In this document: piece by piece, positions 1-13,068 of the stretch
Layout: the number at the start of each line of letters is the position of its first letter
Position numbering within the stretch: the stretch's first letter is position 1
NCBI GenBank assembly: GCA_951406725.2
Contig: OX597818.1
Location: 83,948,001-84,012,000 of the forward strand
Reading direction: 5' to 3'
Length of the DNA stretch: 64,000 nucleotides
Source of the DNA: Octopus vulgaris
Taxonomy: Eukaryota
Program-made: the position numbers and the translations under genes
Notes under the pieces: model-generated
The model's input: the letters and a program-made list of their open reading frames with translations, nothing else
Database searches by the model: none
Told to the model about the DNA's origin: nothing

Positions 1-15
1 TATATATACATATAT

Positions 16-84
<69 letters not shown>

Positions 85-268
85 TACATACATATATACA
101 TATATATATACATATACATACACGTACATACATAGATACTACATTTTATGATGCGCAAATATAAATATAAAATCTAAATATTGTATCTACATATATTCAG
201 AAGTATTTTGTAGATACAGAACTGTACTTATGTATACATTAAGTATATAAATATATGTGTACGTGTAT

Positions 269-345
<77 letters not shown>

Positions 346-354
346 TACATATAC

Positions 355-398
<44 letters not shown>

Positions 399-1175
399 TT
401 GTGTGTTTGTGTATGTATATACTGATATATACTGAGAGAGAAAGTGAGTAAGAGAGAGAGAAAGGTAGATAGATGGATAGATAGATATGTATGTATCTAT
501 GTATGGGAGGCAAACGAAAACAGTTACCTCTCTTATATTCTTACACACGTATGTTTTCCATCATATATATTGTATTCGCATCGCTATATACAAAATCCCC
601 TTACTCACACACACACACACACATACACAAATACAAACACAGATATATATTAATGAAGACACATCTATACACGCGTACATTCCGATACGTACACAAACAC
701 ACAGAGGAAAAGCCACACCAAATAAATTCGATGCCAACACACTAGCTATACTTTCAATGTACATCCCATAGCGCCATTCAAACGTTAACCAGCAGCTATG
801 TTAACTAAATTTTCTGCCGGGCTTCACAAACACAACAGCATCTATGTCGATACTACACCTCCCTTGCACCAGAAACCGTGGGAGGGTGCTATGTTTTTAT
901 AGACAAGAAAAAAAAGGCAGCACATCCTACAGTGGCGTTTGGGATGTGTGGGGGGAGATGTAGTAGTATAGGTGTTGCTGACAGTGGTGATTGTGGTGCT
1001 AGTGGTGATAGTGATGTTTATCAAGGAGGAGAGTAAGTGAATTAGAAAATATAGGGAGCAGAGCAATTGCAGGGTGGGGTGGACCTTTGGTGGTTTGGTG
1101 GCGTTCTTTCAGTCCCTGTTCGTGTTGGTGGTTTCTCGTTAGTAGTGGTGGTAGTAGTAGTAGTAGTAGTAGTAA

Positions 1176-1234
<59 letters not shown>

Positions 1235-1587
1235 AGGCTGCGGTGGTGGTGTATATGTCGGCGTTGTAAAAGCTCTTGCAACAGTTATTGTGTGTTATGG
1301 TCCTTGCGATCTGAGGATCCCAACCGGGCACCATATGTTCCTTCGGAGTTTATATAAGACTTTCATATTAAAATTTATTTACGATAAGTCGTTATACTTC
1401 TACAAAACACAAAAATACTTCTACATTCTTTATACTGTATTTAATAATATTTAAGTATGAAAATATAAAAAGATTTCTATGCGGTAGAGTAAAATAGGAA
1501 TGAAAAGGTCCCATAGTAAAATTTGTTTCAGAACAAAGACCTGCGATGATAAGTGGTTCCAGTGTTACTGAAGAGCTATTGTTATTT

Positions 1588-1956
1588 CCTATTTCTTTAT
1601 TGCCCACAAGGGGCTAAACATAGAATGGACAAGCAAGGAGAGACAAAGGGATTAAGTCGATTACATCGCCCCCCAGTGCGTAACTGATACTTAATTTATC
1701 GACCCCGAATGGATGAAAGGCTAAGTCGACTTCGGCGGACTTTGAACTCAGAACGTAACGGCAGACGAAATACCTATTTCTTTACTACCCACAAGGGGCT
1801 AAATACAGAAGGAACAAACAAGGACAGACAAACGGATTAAGTCGATTATATCGACCCCAGTGTGTAACTGGTACTTAATTTATCGACCCTGAATGGATGA
1901 AAGGCTAAGTCGACCTCGGCGGACTTTGAACTCAGAACGTAACGGCAGACGAAATA
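1588..1956 (-). mobile_element. Head-to-tail dimer of 5'-truncated tRNA-derived SINE (family A), 185-bp period
   Basis: Two units start at cctatttcttta (1588, 1773). Both are reverse complements of the full-length copy at 47046-47278 (core ccgaggtcgac...tttcatcc...ggggtcgataaattaagtacc). Confidence 0.85.
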
Positions 1957-2446
1957 TTGTTAGTAACAGGTTAAAGTTGGATATATTTTTTGGTGCTTCT
2001 TTGGATGATACGATGGTCTGTACTAATAATTTTGGTATTGATTAGTATCTTTTAGCGTTTACTTGTTTCCTTCGTAGCATTTGCTGCCATGCTGGGCACC
2101 GACCTCATGGGTTTAGATGAACAAATTGACCACTGTACATATTTCGTTTTAAATGTTTGTTACGTACCTAGTCTCTTGGTTTAATTTGCCAAATCGCTAC
2201 GTTACGGGGGCATATAAAAATCAACACCGATTGTCAAGCGGTGGAATGCAACATATAAATAGAAAGATTCACACTTACACACACACACATGCATACACAC
2301 ACGCGCACACACTCACACACTAACATATATGTGCTTCATTCATATAATTAAGTGTGTGTGTGTTTGTGTGTGTGCGTACGCGTGTGTGTGTGCTTTTGCT
2401 TTGCTTATTCCATTCTAGCAGAACAAGAGCACACACGAAAACGGAA

Positions 2447-2494
2447 ATTGTCACTGAGGAGGGCACAGATGTGTGACGAAAATTTACGGACAAT
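2447..2494 (+). ncRNA. Degenerate hammerhead ribozyme-like motif
   Basis: ATTGTC-A-CTGAGGA-GGGCACA gatg TGTGAC-GAAA-ATTTA-CG-GACAAT. Core boxes are present, with a CACA/TGTG stem II and a 6-bp stem I that is slightly out of register. Confidence 0.35.
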
Positions 2495-2763
2495 GGACAT
2501 GAGTTAGAATAAGAACAGTAATAAACGAGTGAAGAACGAATATACAGTGCATGTGTTTATTTGGCAATAGAAAAATATGACCGTCCCGAAATGCAACTAT
2601 ATATATACGTACATATATATACAAACACACTCATACTTGCGGTGGAGTGTCCGACGATCTTCGTCTTCCAAATCCATTCAAAAGGCTTTGGTCTATCCGG
2701 AGCTATACCAAAGATACTTACCCCAGGTATAATGCGATGGAAGAAAATGTGTAGAAAGTGAGC

Positions 2764-2794
<31 letters not shown>

Positions 2795-5700
2795 TGTATG
2801 TATGTATGTATGTATGTATTATATATGTGTGTATGTATGTATGTATGTATGTATGTATCTATGTATGTATGTATGTATGTATGTATTATGTGTGTATGTA
2901 TGTATGTATATATGTAGCAAATCCAAAAAAAGAGCAAACACAAAAACATAACAACGCGAGTACGTGGTACATGTAAATTATTAGCAGACTCTTAGGAAAC
3001 GAAAGAAAGATGGTTTAACGTTTCGAGCAGACATACTTCTTCGGAAATAGAGGTATGTCCAATAGAAGGGAAAGGGACGCAGAAAATCGCCAACGATTCA
3101 CATGTGGTTACATTTTGAAATGGTGTGGGTCTAAACCCGGGAGGAAAAAAATGTGTATGTATGTATGCATGTATGTATGTATGTATGTATGTATTATGTA
3201 TGTATGCGTGTGTATGTATATGTGAGCTACCACAGTTTTCGTCAACCATACTCACTTACAAAGCATTTATCGGCCCTGAGCGATAATGAAAACTCTTGCT
3301 CAAGCTACCACACAGTCGGACAGAAATCGAAACCATGTGGTATCTTAAGCACAGTGATGTATTTGTCAATATTATTTTTTCTTACTTGCTCAATCATCAG
3401 ACAGCGCCCTTGCTGGGACCCCAACTTGTGGACTTTTAAGTGGAATATATTAATCTCAGTACATTTTTTAAAATCTGGTACTTAATTTAGTGATATCTTC
3501 TGACGAGCCGCTAAGTTACGGGAACATAAACATGGTAAAAAGCGGTAGTGGGGAGACAAGCAGAAACATACACACACATATATATGTATACACACGAAGG
3601 GCTACTTTCAGCCTCCGTCAAATTAATCAGCTCACAGTGAATTGATAGGCCCTGAGTTATAATAAATTTAGAATACAGAATTACATGGATACAACCAAAT
3701 TTGGAAATTTTCATTTAAGTTTTAAAATTTCAAAAACTCTGACATTCGAACACTTTGAACAGGCATGTAAACAATTTGAAAGAGAAAAATTTTCAATGAA
3801 AATGTTTGAAAATTTTTCGCAAAAAACTGCAAAAAGAAAATACACTCTACGTTATACTGTAGTAATAGTTCAGCTCAAGTAAACAATTACTGCATTCTTT
3901 TTGTTTTTTTGCGCAGATTCAAAACCGAAAGTTCAATATATAGGAACGCGTCAAAGAAAATAGGAAAAGAAAATATACGTAGTGGATGTAGTATTTTAAG
4001 CAGACAACAACTTGATTTGTTACTATGGAAACAGGAACGCATGTCTCCGTGGCCTTTGATTGGCTAAAATTAATCAAACTTTAAAGCTATTAACTTTTTA
4101 TTTATTAATTGATGGCAAAAATATGTGTCATTTCTATAATTAACTTCTATGTAGTTTTGTAAGCTAATTATGAAACTGAAATTCATTTTTGGAAACAACT
4201 GAAACAAAATTTCTATAATTGAAAATTGTGACGGCATCAGTTCGATTCCTGGACGGGCAGTTCGCTGTCTCATTGAGCTAAACATTTCATTTCACATTGC
4301 TTTGCGATCATTTCGACATTTGACGTGAAGCATACTTGCGCACCTGCACAAACTGCCACAATTTGATGGAAGGAATGAAATAATATACAGCACATACATT
4401 TGATCCCTATAAACATACCATCTGTGCAGGTGGTATCTAACGAATGTTCAGAAAAACTGAACACTCGTGCATAACCGACGGCAGGAGATTCCATCTTGTA
4501 TATAAATTATAGCGATGATGGTAACTGCGATGGCATTTGTTGAGATAAACATAGTTTTAAAAGTTGATGAAGATAGATGTTTGAGTGGTAGTGGTGATAA
4601 CATTGACAATGGTGGTGGTAGTGGTGATAATATTGACAGTGGTTGTCGTGGTGCTGGTGGTAGCAGTCCTTATGGTAGTGTAGTTGTACGTCACATCGTA
4701 CTCTTTATTAGAATTTGTAAACAAAAGAGACGGCGCGAAAACGTTATAAATTGGGAAACTTTTGATACACTAGAATGAGAAGTATGTCTGCGTTAGTGAG
4801 AACTATATGTTTATTATATATCTGTATATGCCCCAGCAAGGCCACAGCCTAAGAGCTGAAACACATAAGAGATAAAAGAATATGGTGGTGGGCGTTCAGA
4901 ATAGTTAGCAAGCCGGAGAAAATATTTAGTGGCAATTCTTCCGGTTCGTACTTTCTGAGTTCAAATTCTACGGTGGTCACCTTTTCCTTTAATCCTTTCT
5001 GGGCCGTTAAAATGAGTATTATTCGAGCACTATAGTCAATGTAGTCAAGCGGCTCCTCCTCCTAAATCTCAGACCTTGAACCTATAATGAAATAAAATTT
5101 GTGTCAGTGTGTATCTGAGCATGCACATACATATGTGCACGTGCATCTGTGCCTGCATGTACTTATGTGTCCGAGTGATTCTGTGTGTGTGAGTGCGTTT
5201 ATTTATTCGAAATTGTGTGCTTTGATTAAATATATGTTTATTTTATGCGTGTGCATATGGATGCGTACCTATGAATGTGTTTGTGAAGAGGATATCGTGT
5301 GCGTGAGGGTGTTCAATATGTTTGTGTGTATGTAAGTGTACCTATGCCAGTCATTTTGTGTGTAATTGGATGAGTGAGCGTGTCTCTCTCTATATATATA
5401 TGATAGCCTCTGTACGCGTGCGCATGTGTGTATGTGTGTGTATGAGGGCATCAGTGTGTATATAACTGTTGGTTTGTGTGTCTGCGTGTATGCAACTTTA
5501 TGTGTAAATGTGCATGTGTGTATGCAGTTGTGTGTGAGTTTGTGAGTGTATGCATCTGAGCGTCTCTGTTTGTATGCAATTGTGTGCTCTATTTATATTA
5601 TACGTCAATGTATGCAATTCTGTTTGCATGAGTGTGTGTTTGTGTATATATATGTATGCAATCGTGCGTGTGTAAGTGCATGTGTGGGTGGCTATGTGCA

Positions 5701-6158
5701 TGTAATTGAATATGTGTGTGTCTCTCACTGACAGTGTGTACTTATATGCTCATGAATGTGTTATTGTTTATCTGAACTTGTGTCTATATCTGTATGTCTC
5801 TGAGCATTTATGTATGTATATGCATGTGTCTTGTGTGAGTGTGTGTGTTTGTGTGCGTGTATGTGTGTGTGTGAGCATGTGTGGGTTTCTGTCTGTACGC
5901 GCACGTAGCGGTATCACTTTTGGGCATTGGAATTAGTGAGGTGTTGTGAAAATGCCACCAAGTCCCTAAGTAGATTTCAGCATAGTAGTGTGACTGGGGT
6001 GTGGGGTGTTAATATATATATATAAATATATATACATACATACATATATATATGTGTGTGTATATGTATGTACGGATATATACATGTATATGATTATATA
6101 TATGAAATATATATATATATGTGTATATATATACATTTACAAGTTTGTATGTATATAA

Positions 6159-6190
<32 letters not shown>

Positions 6191-6969
6191 GTATGTATGT
6201 ATATATGTATATATATATATATACACTCACTCACACTCATACACTCATATATATGTAATGGAAACGTCTACGGTACAGTTAAGAGCAGAGAGGTCAGGGA
6301 GTTAGAATGAAGATAGACACAGATATAAGAGTGGGGGAATTGGGGGAATGAACAAAGACAAGGGGTTCACATATGTCAAAATCGAGATTGTTGGAGTAGT
6401 ATAGAACGGGGAACAGGGCAGGTGGAGGGAAAAGATGCTGTACGTAGTCTAAAGACAACTGAAAAGCCGAGTGTACCGAAATATAATCACATCTTGTGTA
6501 TAATATATATTATATTTTGGGCGTAGTTTGTCACTGTTCTCACGAATTGTGTTATTGTTGTTGTTCATTATTATTGATTATTATTATTATTATTATTATT
6601 TGTTACATTTGTATTTGTTGATATTATCCATGTTGTTGATGTTGCTAATTTCATCGATGGCGTATATTTCCCATATGTTTTATTAGATTAAATGTAACAG
6701 AAAAAAACCCCCAGTAAATATGTATGCATATAATATGTATGTGCGCAAAACTGTATCTAAGTATATACATATAGGTGTGTCTGTGTGTGTGTATGATTTA
6801 CTTACAAAAAATATATATGCCTGTTTGTGTCTATATGTGTATGTATACATGCTTGTGTAGCTTTCTCTCACTTTTCACACGTATATGTCTAATCATCAGT
6901 CTGTATATATTATTATATATATGTATGTATCTATCAGTCTATGCATGTATCTGTCTTTCTAACTATTTG

Positions 6970-6970
<1 letters not shown>

Positions 6971-7065
<95 letters not shown>

Positions 7066-7089
7066 GCTAGCTATCTATCTATCTATCTA

Positions 7090-7126
<37 letters not shown>

Positions 7127-7264
7127 GTCTTTCTTTCTTTCTATTTATCTGTCTGTCTGTCTTTCTGTCTGCCTGCCTGTCTATCTATCTGTCTGTATGT
7201 CTGTCTATCTACCTATCCATTTATATACCAGTGTATCTATTTATTTATATCTATCTACTTATAT

Positions 7265-7318
<54 letters not shown>

Positions 7319-7687
7319 GACAGATAGACAGATAGATAGACAGACATACAGACAGATAGATAGATAAGTTTCTTTATTGGCCACACAGGGCTGCACACAG
7401 ATGGGACAAGTTACAAGGTAGAGTTTTTCTTTAGGGGGATGAAAAACGGGGGTGGCGTAGGTCTTCGATCAAGAGGGATCGTAAAAGGGAAGAAAAGAAC
7501 AAAAAATAAATAAATAAAAAAAAAATAAATAGAATAAAAAATAAAAAGAATAAAAGGAAAAAAAAGAAAGGGAAAAGGAACAAAAGAAAAGAGAAATGAA
7601 AAAAGAAGAAAAAAGGGAAAAAAAAAAGGGGAAGAGGAAAAAAAAAAAAGAACGATCAATAGGGATCATGTATCACAGTGTTATGAT

Positions 7688-7768
<81 letters not shown>

Positions 7769-7770
7769 CA
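6971..7770. repeat. (CTAT)n/(GATA)n microsatellite complex
   Basis: Direct reading of the sequence. This and similar tracts generate the poly-YLSI ORFs. Confidence 0.95.
7368..7685 (-). mobile_element. 3' end fragment of a non-LTR retroelement embedded in (GATA)n
   Basis: The minus strand has a T-rich 3'UTR-like tract and ends ...gcagccctgtgtggccAATAAAgaaa. (GATA)n flanks both sides, and the tail resembles that of SINE family A. Confidence 0.5.
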
Positions 7771-7789
7771 GGTAGATAGAAAATATATA

Positions 7790-8620
7790 GATATAAACTT
7801 AGATAAACTTAGATAAACTTAGATATGTTTCGACCAAAGATTGGTCCAGGCCATGTCTAACTTAATAGCACCACCTGATAGGATTATTCGAATCCTGTTT
7901 AAGGCAAGTTTTGTTTAAGTCAAGTTTTGTTCAAGTAGTGAGTTCTTGTTGGGTGAGTTGTATCCAGTTTTGTTCAAGTAGTGAGTTCTTGTTGGGTGAG
8001 TTGTATCCAATTATGGGTGGCTTATCTGGTATTCTTTGAAGGAATCTATCCAGACTATGTTTAAAGTTGATGGGATCCTTTTCCTCTTTGATCTCCCTCG
8101 GGACAATGTTAAATAGGGCAGGGCCTGTTGAGGAAAAGAAAGTATGTTGCAGTGTACATGTATGTTGTGATCTTGAATTGGGCAGGGGACGTATAGCCCG
8201 TGGTCCAAGTCTTGGATGAACCTTGAAGCTAATGTTTAGGTCGTCTTGGCAAAGTTGGCGGTATATTTTCCACATCGTACAAATGATGTACCGCTCACGG
8301 CGACGCTGGAGGGAGTAAAGTTTCAAGGCTTTAAGGCGATCCCAATAATCGAGAGCAGCCATACCTTCAATTTTAGTGAGTGCCCTCTGGGGTGACTCAA
8401 TTCTGGAGATGTTTTGTCTTGTGTGAGGAGACCACAGTGGGCAGCAGTATTCAAGGTATGGCCGTACAAAGGAGGAAAAAAGTGGTATGATGACACCTTG
8501 TTCTCTGGACCGGAAAGTTCTTAAGATCCAGGAACTCATCCTATGAGCTATATTGATGTGTGCACTCCAACTGAGATCGTCATCAACAATTACACCCAGG
8601 TCTCTGATATTGTTAGAGGC
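7790..8620 (-). mobile_element. 5'-truncated CR1/L2-group LINE, C-terminal RT region plus 3' tail
   Basis: The ORF 7931-8848 contains RDLGVIVDDDLSWSAHI, FVRPYLEYCCPLWSP, IESPQRALTK, YWDRLKALKLYSLQRRRER and FKHSLDRFL. There is a short tandem tail (agataaactt)x3 near 7790-7820 and an internal 43-bp duplication at 7923-8009. The ORF's N-terminal part is microsatellite read-through. Confidence 0.9.
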
Positions 8621-8914
8621 TGTATATACATACAAACACATATAACCATGCATAAATATAGATATACGCTTATATACATGCATACATATGCGTATCTCAA
8701 CATGTACACGCGCGCAAAATGCGTATGTATACATATGTACGCATACACACTCACACAAACACACGTGTGTATGTATACATACGTACATACACACACATAC
8801 ACATTGAAGCAGTGAGAGCCTAAAGTCACGCACCAAAATATTTGACATTATATATATATATATATATTACGCTATGATCATTGTTTTCATTGAGGTGTTT
8901 GCTCCGGTAGATAC

Positions 8915-9215
8915 TATACCGACACCATACCAAAAGAGCGAGCCATATCAAATGACTAAAGGTCCTTTGGGTCATTCCTTCAACTTTCTAACACCCTCTT
9001 CAGCTGTTCCTAACAAGGCTCTTTTCTACAATAGCTTGGTTCTGATTGTAATTCCTAGCTTCTCAAGCCATGCATCCACTTCTTTTACTAACTGCTTCCA
9101 GTGCACCAACCGCAATCGTTACCAATTGTCTGTGCCTGATTCTTTAGTTTCGTAATTTCCGAATTCCGCTCTTGATATTTCTCCGCTTTCACTCTTTCCT
9201 TCATAGTATTTTATT
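8915..9215 (-). mobile_element. 3' fragment of an RLE-type (R4/Dong/NeSL-like) non-LTR retrotransposon
   Basis: Frameshifted minus-strand peptides KAEKYQE, IAVGALEAV and WLEKLGITIRTKLL*KRALLGTA match the typical C-terminus EKYxDL...VGALG...LQKxxLLGTA. Confidence 0.65.
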
Positions 9216-9551
9216 GCTGTTGTTGTTTTTGTCGTTGATTTTCTTTATCCTATACGACATATAAGCACATACACACACACTCACACACACGCGCTCATAT
9301 GTACACACACACACACACACACACACATACGATGGGCTCCGAATTTTTGTCTCTCAGTCCCACTCAAAGCGCTTTAGTTGACCAGGCCAAGGTATCATGT
9401 ATTGTAAGTGAAGCCGGAACACTGTGGATGGGAAACAAACTTTAAGCCACTCACCAGGTATATCAAATATCATGTATCGCAAATTTTCAAGCAAAATCTA
9501 TATATAAATATCCTGCAGAGTGAGTTGTTCGTCGAGGAAGCGGGGGCCTAC

Positions 9552-9597
9552 CACACGTTGATGATAGGCAATACACCTTGAAACCTAGGTCCGTGTG
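9552..9597 (+). ncRNA. Minimal type-I hammerhead ribozyme motif (C3U variant) inside a long rod
   Basis: CACACG-TTGATGA-TAGG caataca CCTT-GAAA-C CTAG G-TC^-CGTGTG. It has a perfect 6-bp stem I, palindromic stem III (ACCTAGGT) and a GUC triplet, with predicted cleavage after 9591. Confidence 0.7.
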
Positions 9598-9908
9598 TGG
9601 TTTCCGCTTCATCGGGGAATTATCTCCCTTTGCAGGATAAAGGACGCCGTGATGGTGTCAAGCCTATCTGGCGACGTTGATGTTCGCCTGGGGCTAAATG
9701 CAACAGTAACACCCCCACCACCCTGCCCTGTCCCTAGCCATATTCAGATGGCTTTAGTCCCTTATGTTTATATATATATATATATAGAAGTGTGTATGTA
9801 TGTGTGTGATATTAATTTATGGTTGTTAACTCCACGTGGTTGAATATACAAGGAGAAAGAAAAGATGAAAGTACAAATCTGTATTTTTCTCTTTCAGTTC
9901 TCTTTCCT

Positions 9909-9940
<32 letters not shown>

Positions 9941-10381
9941 CGTTCATAAATACTATACAGAGAATATATAGGAACAACTGAAGAAAGGGAATATTCTTTA
10001 TGTTGTATGTCTCATTTCTTTGTTTTTTTTTGTTATTCGAGAAAAAGTTCGTTTCTCTGTTTTTATTTCTCATTGTGTTCAGCGTTTTTTTTAATGTCCA
10101 ATACTCATATATGCATGTATATATGCATATATTTATATTTTATTTATATTATTATGTACATATATATATATATATATATATATACATACACATATTCTTA
10201 ATTACGCATATAATATATGGGAGCAAGCTGTTTTAATTTTTAATGTTTAATTCTTATTTCTTAATACTCGACTTTCAGTTTTTAATATTTGATAGGATGG
10301 ACATACCCATGTGAAATCCCTAATATTCTATAAAAGTATTAATGTAACAAATAAGTAACTAATTATTCTGTTCTATTACAG

Positions 10382-10448
10382 AACAGAAGTAAAAAGAATC
10401 TTTAGACACTCATCTGCTATTTCCTCTATGGTGTTGTTTAACAATAAT
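10382..10448 (+). other. Candidate internal coding exon (67 nt)
   Basis: Branch-like taactaat, ttctgttctattacAG acceptor and GTAAGT donor. The open frame reads TEVKRIFRHSSAISSMVLFNNN. Confidence 0.3.
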
Positions 10449-11315
10449 GTAAGTCAGTCCATCAAACACAGTGTGGATTTGGTGAAAACAAAGGACTTGT
10501 GTCATATAAGCAAAGGATATTCACCTAAGTTGGACGGACCTACATATGAACTTATATATACGGCTGTGTGTGTATGTGTGTGAGTATGTGTATGTGTGTG
10601 TGTGCGTGCGAGAGAGAAGGAGAGAGAGAGAGAAAGTGTGCGTGTGTATATATATATACATATACATACATGCATGTATACATACATGTCGTTTGGTGTC
10701 TTCTAGCATGTGGTGCTACTTACTAGTTGCTCTTAAAATAATTCTACTTATAAAACTAAACACATTGTATTAATTTTTACCTAAATGATTTTTTTACATG
10801 CTAGCTACTTAATAAAACCCTATGTTGATTTTTATCCTTGATTATAATAATAAAAATATGGATTCACTTCAACCAATTTGTTCGCTGCTCAATTATTTTG
10901 GTTAAGATGAAGGAACTCAATTTAATTTCTATATAAATGTGAGTATTTGTGTACGTACTGTCGACACATGTGTTCGTATACTATGCATAAATGCTTATAA
11001 TTATGTGCTTTGAGTTGTGTCTTACTAAGGACAGTAAAAGCTATTACATCCCAAAACTAGAAATCGATCTATGGCTAAAACTTTTAAAAAAAATATTTTT
11101 AATTAATTCTCTTGCTTTCACCACGTGTCTATGTGATGAATAAGGTAGTTTTAGAGCCATTTGACGTCTTCTTGTAGCATGTGACGCAACTCAGTAGTTG
11201 CCTTTATAATAATTATATTTATAAAATTAAATATTTTTACTAATTCTTACCTAGATGCTTTTTTACACGCTAATTGCTGAATAAAATCTTACATAGATTT
11301 TATACATGATTATAA

Positions 11316-11364
<49 letters not shown>

Positions 11365-11374
11365 CATACATACA

Positions 11375-11419
<45 letters not shown>

Positions 11420-11422
11420 CTT

Positions 11423-11492
<70 letters not shown>

Positions 11493-11828
11493 AATGCATA
11501 TATATTTATGTATGTATATATGTATATACTAAGAGAGAGAAGGGAATTACGAGATCAGTGCTTGTGAGTGGGTGAAGAATTAAGCAGTAAAGATATAAAC
11601 TGATTATTTTTCTAGATTTTAAGATTATTTTAATTTTTTAATGATACTAGGAATTAGGAATTAATGCTCAGGTAAGAAGTAAGCTCATTTTGTATAGGCG
11701 AAGCAGTTTCGTCATCACAGCATCAAAGTTATGTGCATAACAATCGTCTTCGAATTTTCAAAATACATTTTTTCTCCCATACGTTGCTGTTAATTCGAGC
11801 AGGCTTCAGTATATTGGGCTAATCTATC

Positions 11829-12657
11829 TACCTGCTCTGATCAGCAGGTAACGAAGCTAAAGCACGCATATTAAAGCCACTTGGCACAGATTTACCATAA
11901 ACTCTACTGCGCAGGCGCAGTAAGGTTTGACGTTCTAGCTCCCTTCAGCTGTTTACAGCAGTGCTTGTAAGGAAAATGTGTAGCGTGTGATCATCGCATT
12001 GACCATGACAGAGAAAGTTGAGCATAGAATCTTCATCAAATTTTGTAAATAGCTAGGCGATACATGCTCAGAGGCCTAGTTAAAGTTTTTAAAAAGTTTC
12101 CACCGTTCTCAGCAAGGAGAACTTGTGCAACTGAAAAACATCGCAGACACGCATCTCATATCCAAATCTTCAGTGGTAGTGGACTGAAGTGAACTGTAAC
12201 TAATCTGCACATCCTCTCATAACTCACAGATGGTGATTCAACAATTTCCTCTCACATTTGCACGCACATCGATGTTTTTCTCAGTTCTGCTGGTTGTAGG
12301 TCTCACAGAACTTTCGTCAATATCGGCATTTTATCGGCCGTCTTAGAAATATCTGAACCACTCGTACACCTGTGTAAGGCTCATACACTCCTTTCCACAA
12401 ATTGTCTGCAACTTTGCGTAATCTTCTAAGCGGGTATAGCCGTAACAACTTTCTCTGTCATGGTCAATGCGACGATCACACGCTGAACACCTTTCTTTCA
12501 AGCACTCTTCCAAACAGCAGAAGAGATCTGGAACGTTAAAACATAAAGCACACGCACAGCAGCGTTCAATGTCAATCTTTGCCAAGCGACTTCACTCTGC
12601 GCGCTTCAGCTTCGTTACAATAGCAACAGTCCGGATACTTATTGATCAGACCTGGTA
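11829..12657. mobile_element. Mariner relic made of two transposon 5' ends in inverted orientation
   Basis: Plus strand reads MTEKVEHRIFIKFCK*LGDTCSEA. Minus strand starts TA-CCAGGTCTGATCAATAAG and encodes ECMSLTQVYEWFRYF*DGR...RPTTSRTEKN (mariner HTH). The two ends share cgcattgaccatgacagagaaagttg in opposite orientations. Confidence 0.8.
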
Positions 12658-13016
12658 CAGTGATGGGAAAATATGCTGTGGTATGTATTTACGGTTGTTT
12701 ATATTCTCGGTTTTTGGTACTGACATCGTACTAATATGAAGTTCGGAAAATTACAACAGAAAGCCTTATAGTAAGGTTAGAAAAAAAAAAAAACAGCTTT
12801 CATTAACTGGTGAATGTAGCCTGTTGATAGGTGAATCATTGCTACTCTCACAATTTCCCTTCATTGTGATGATTTACTGTCTCTGTGTGCGCATGAGCAG
12901 TGTCATTCCATGCTTACGAACTGTGGACTAATGTAAAAAGCATTAAAGATGGTAACACAACTTACCTAGATAAGTGTTTAGAGACATAGAGCGAGAGACG
13001 TACACTGACATGCATA

Positions 13017-13068
<52 letters not shown>

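Noticed and set aside
6459-6490. CTGAAAA...CCGAAATATAATC hammerhead look-alike
   Set aside because: G8 is missing and stems I and II are unconvincing.
7931-8848. 305-aa ORF as a host gene
   Set aside because: It is a LINE RT C-terminus fused to microsatellite read-through.
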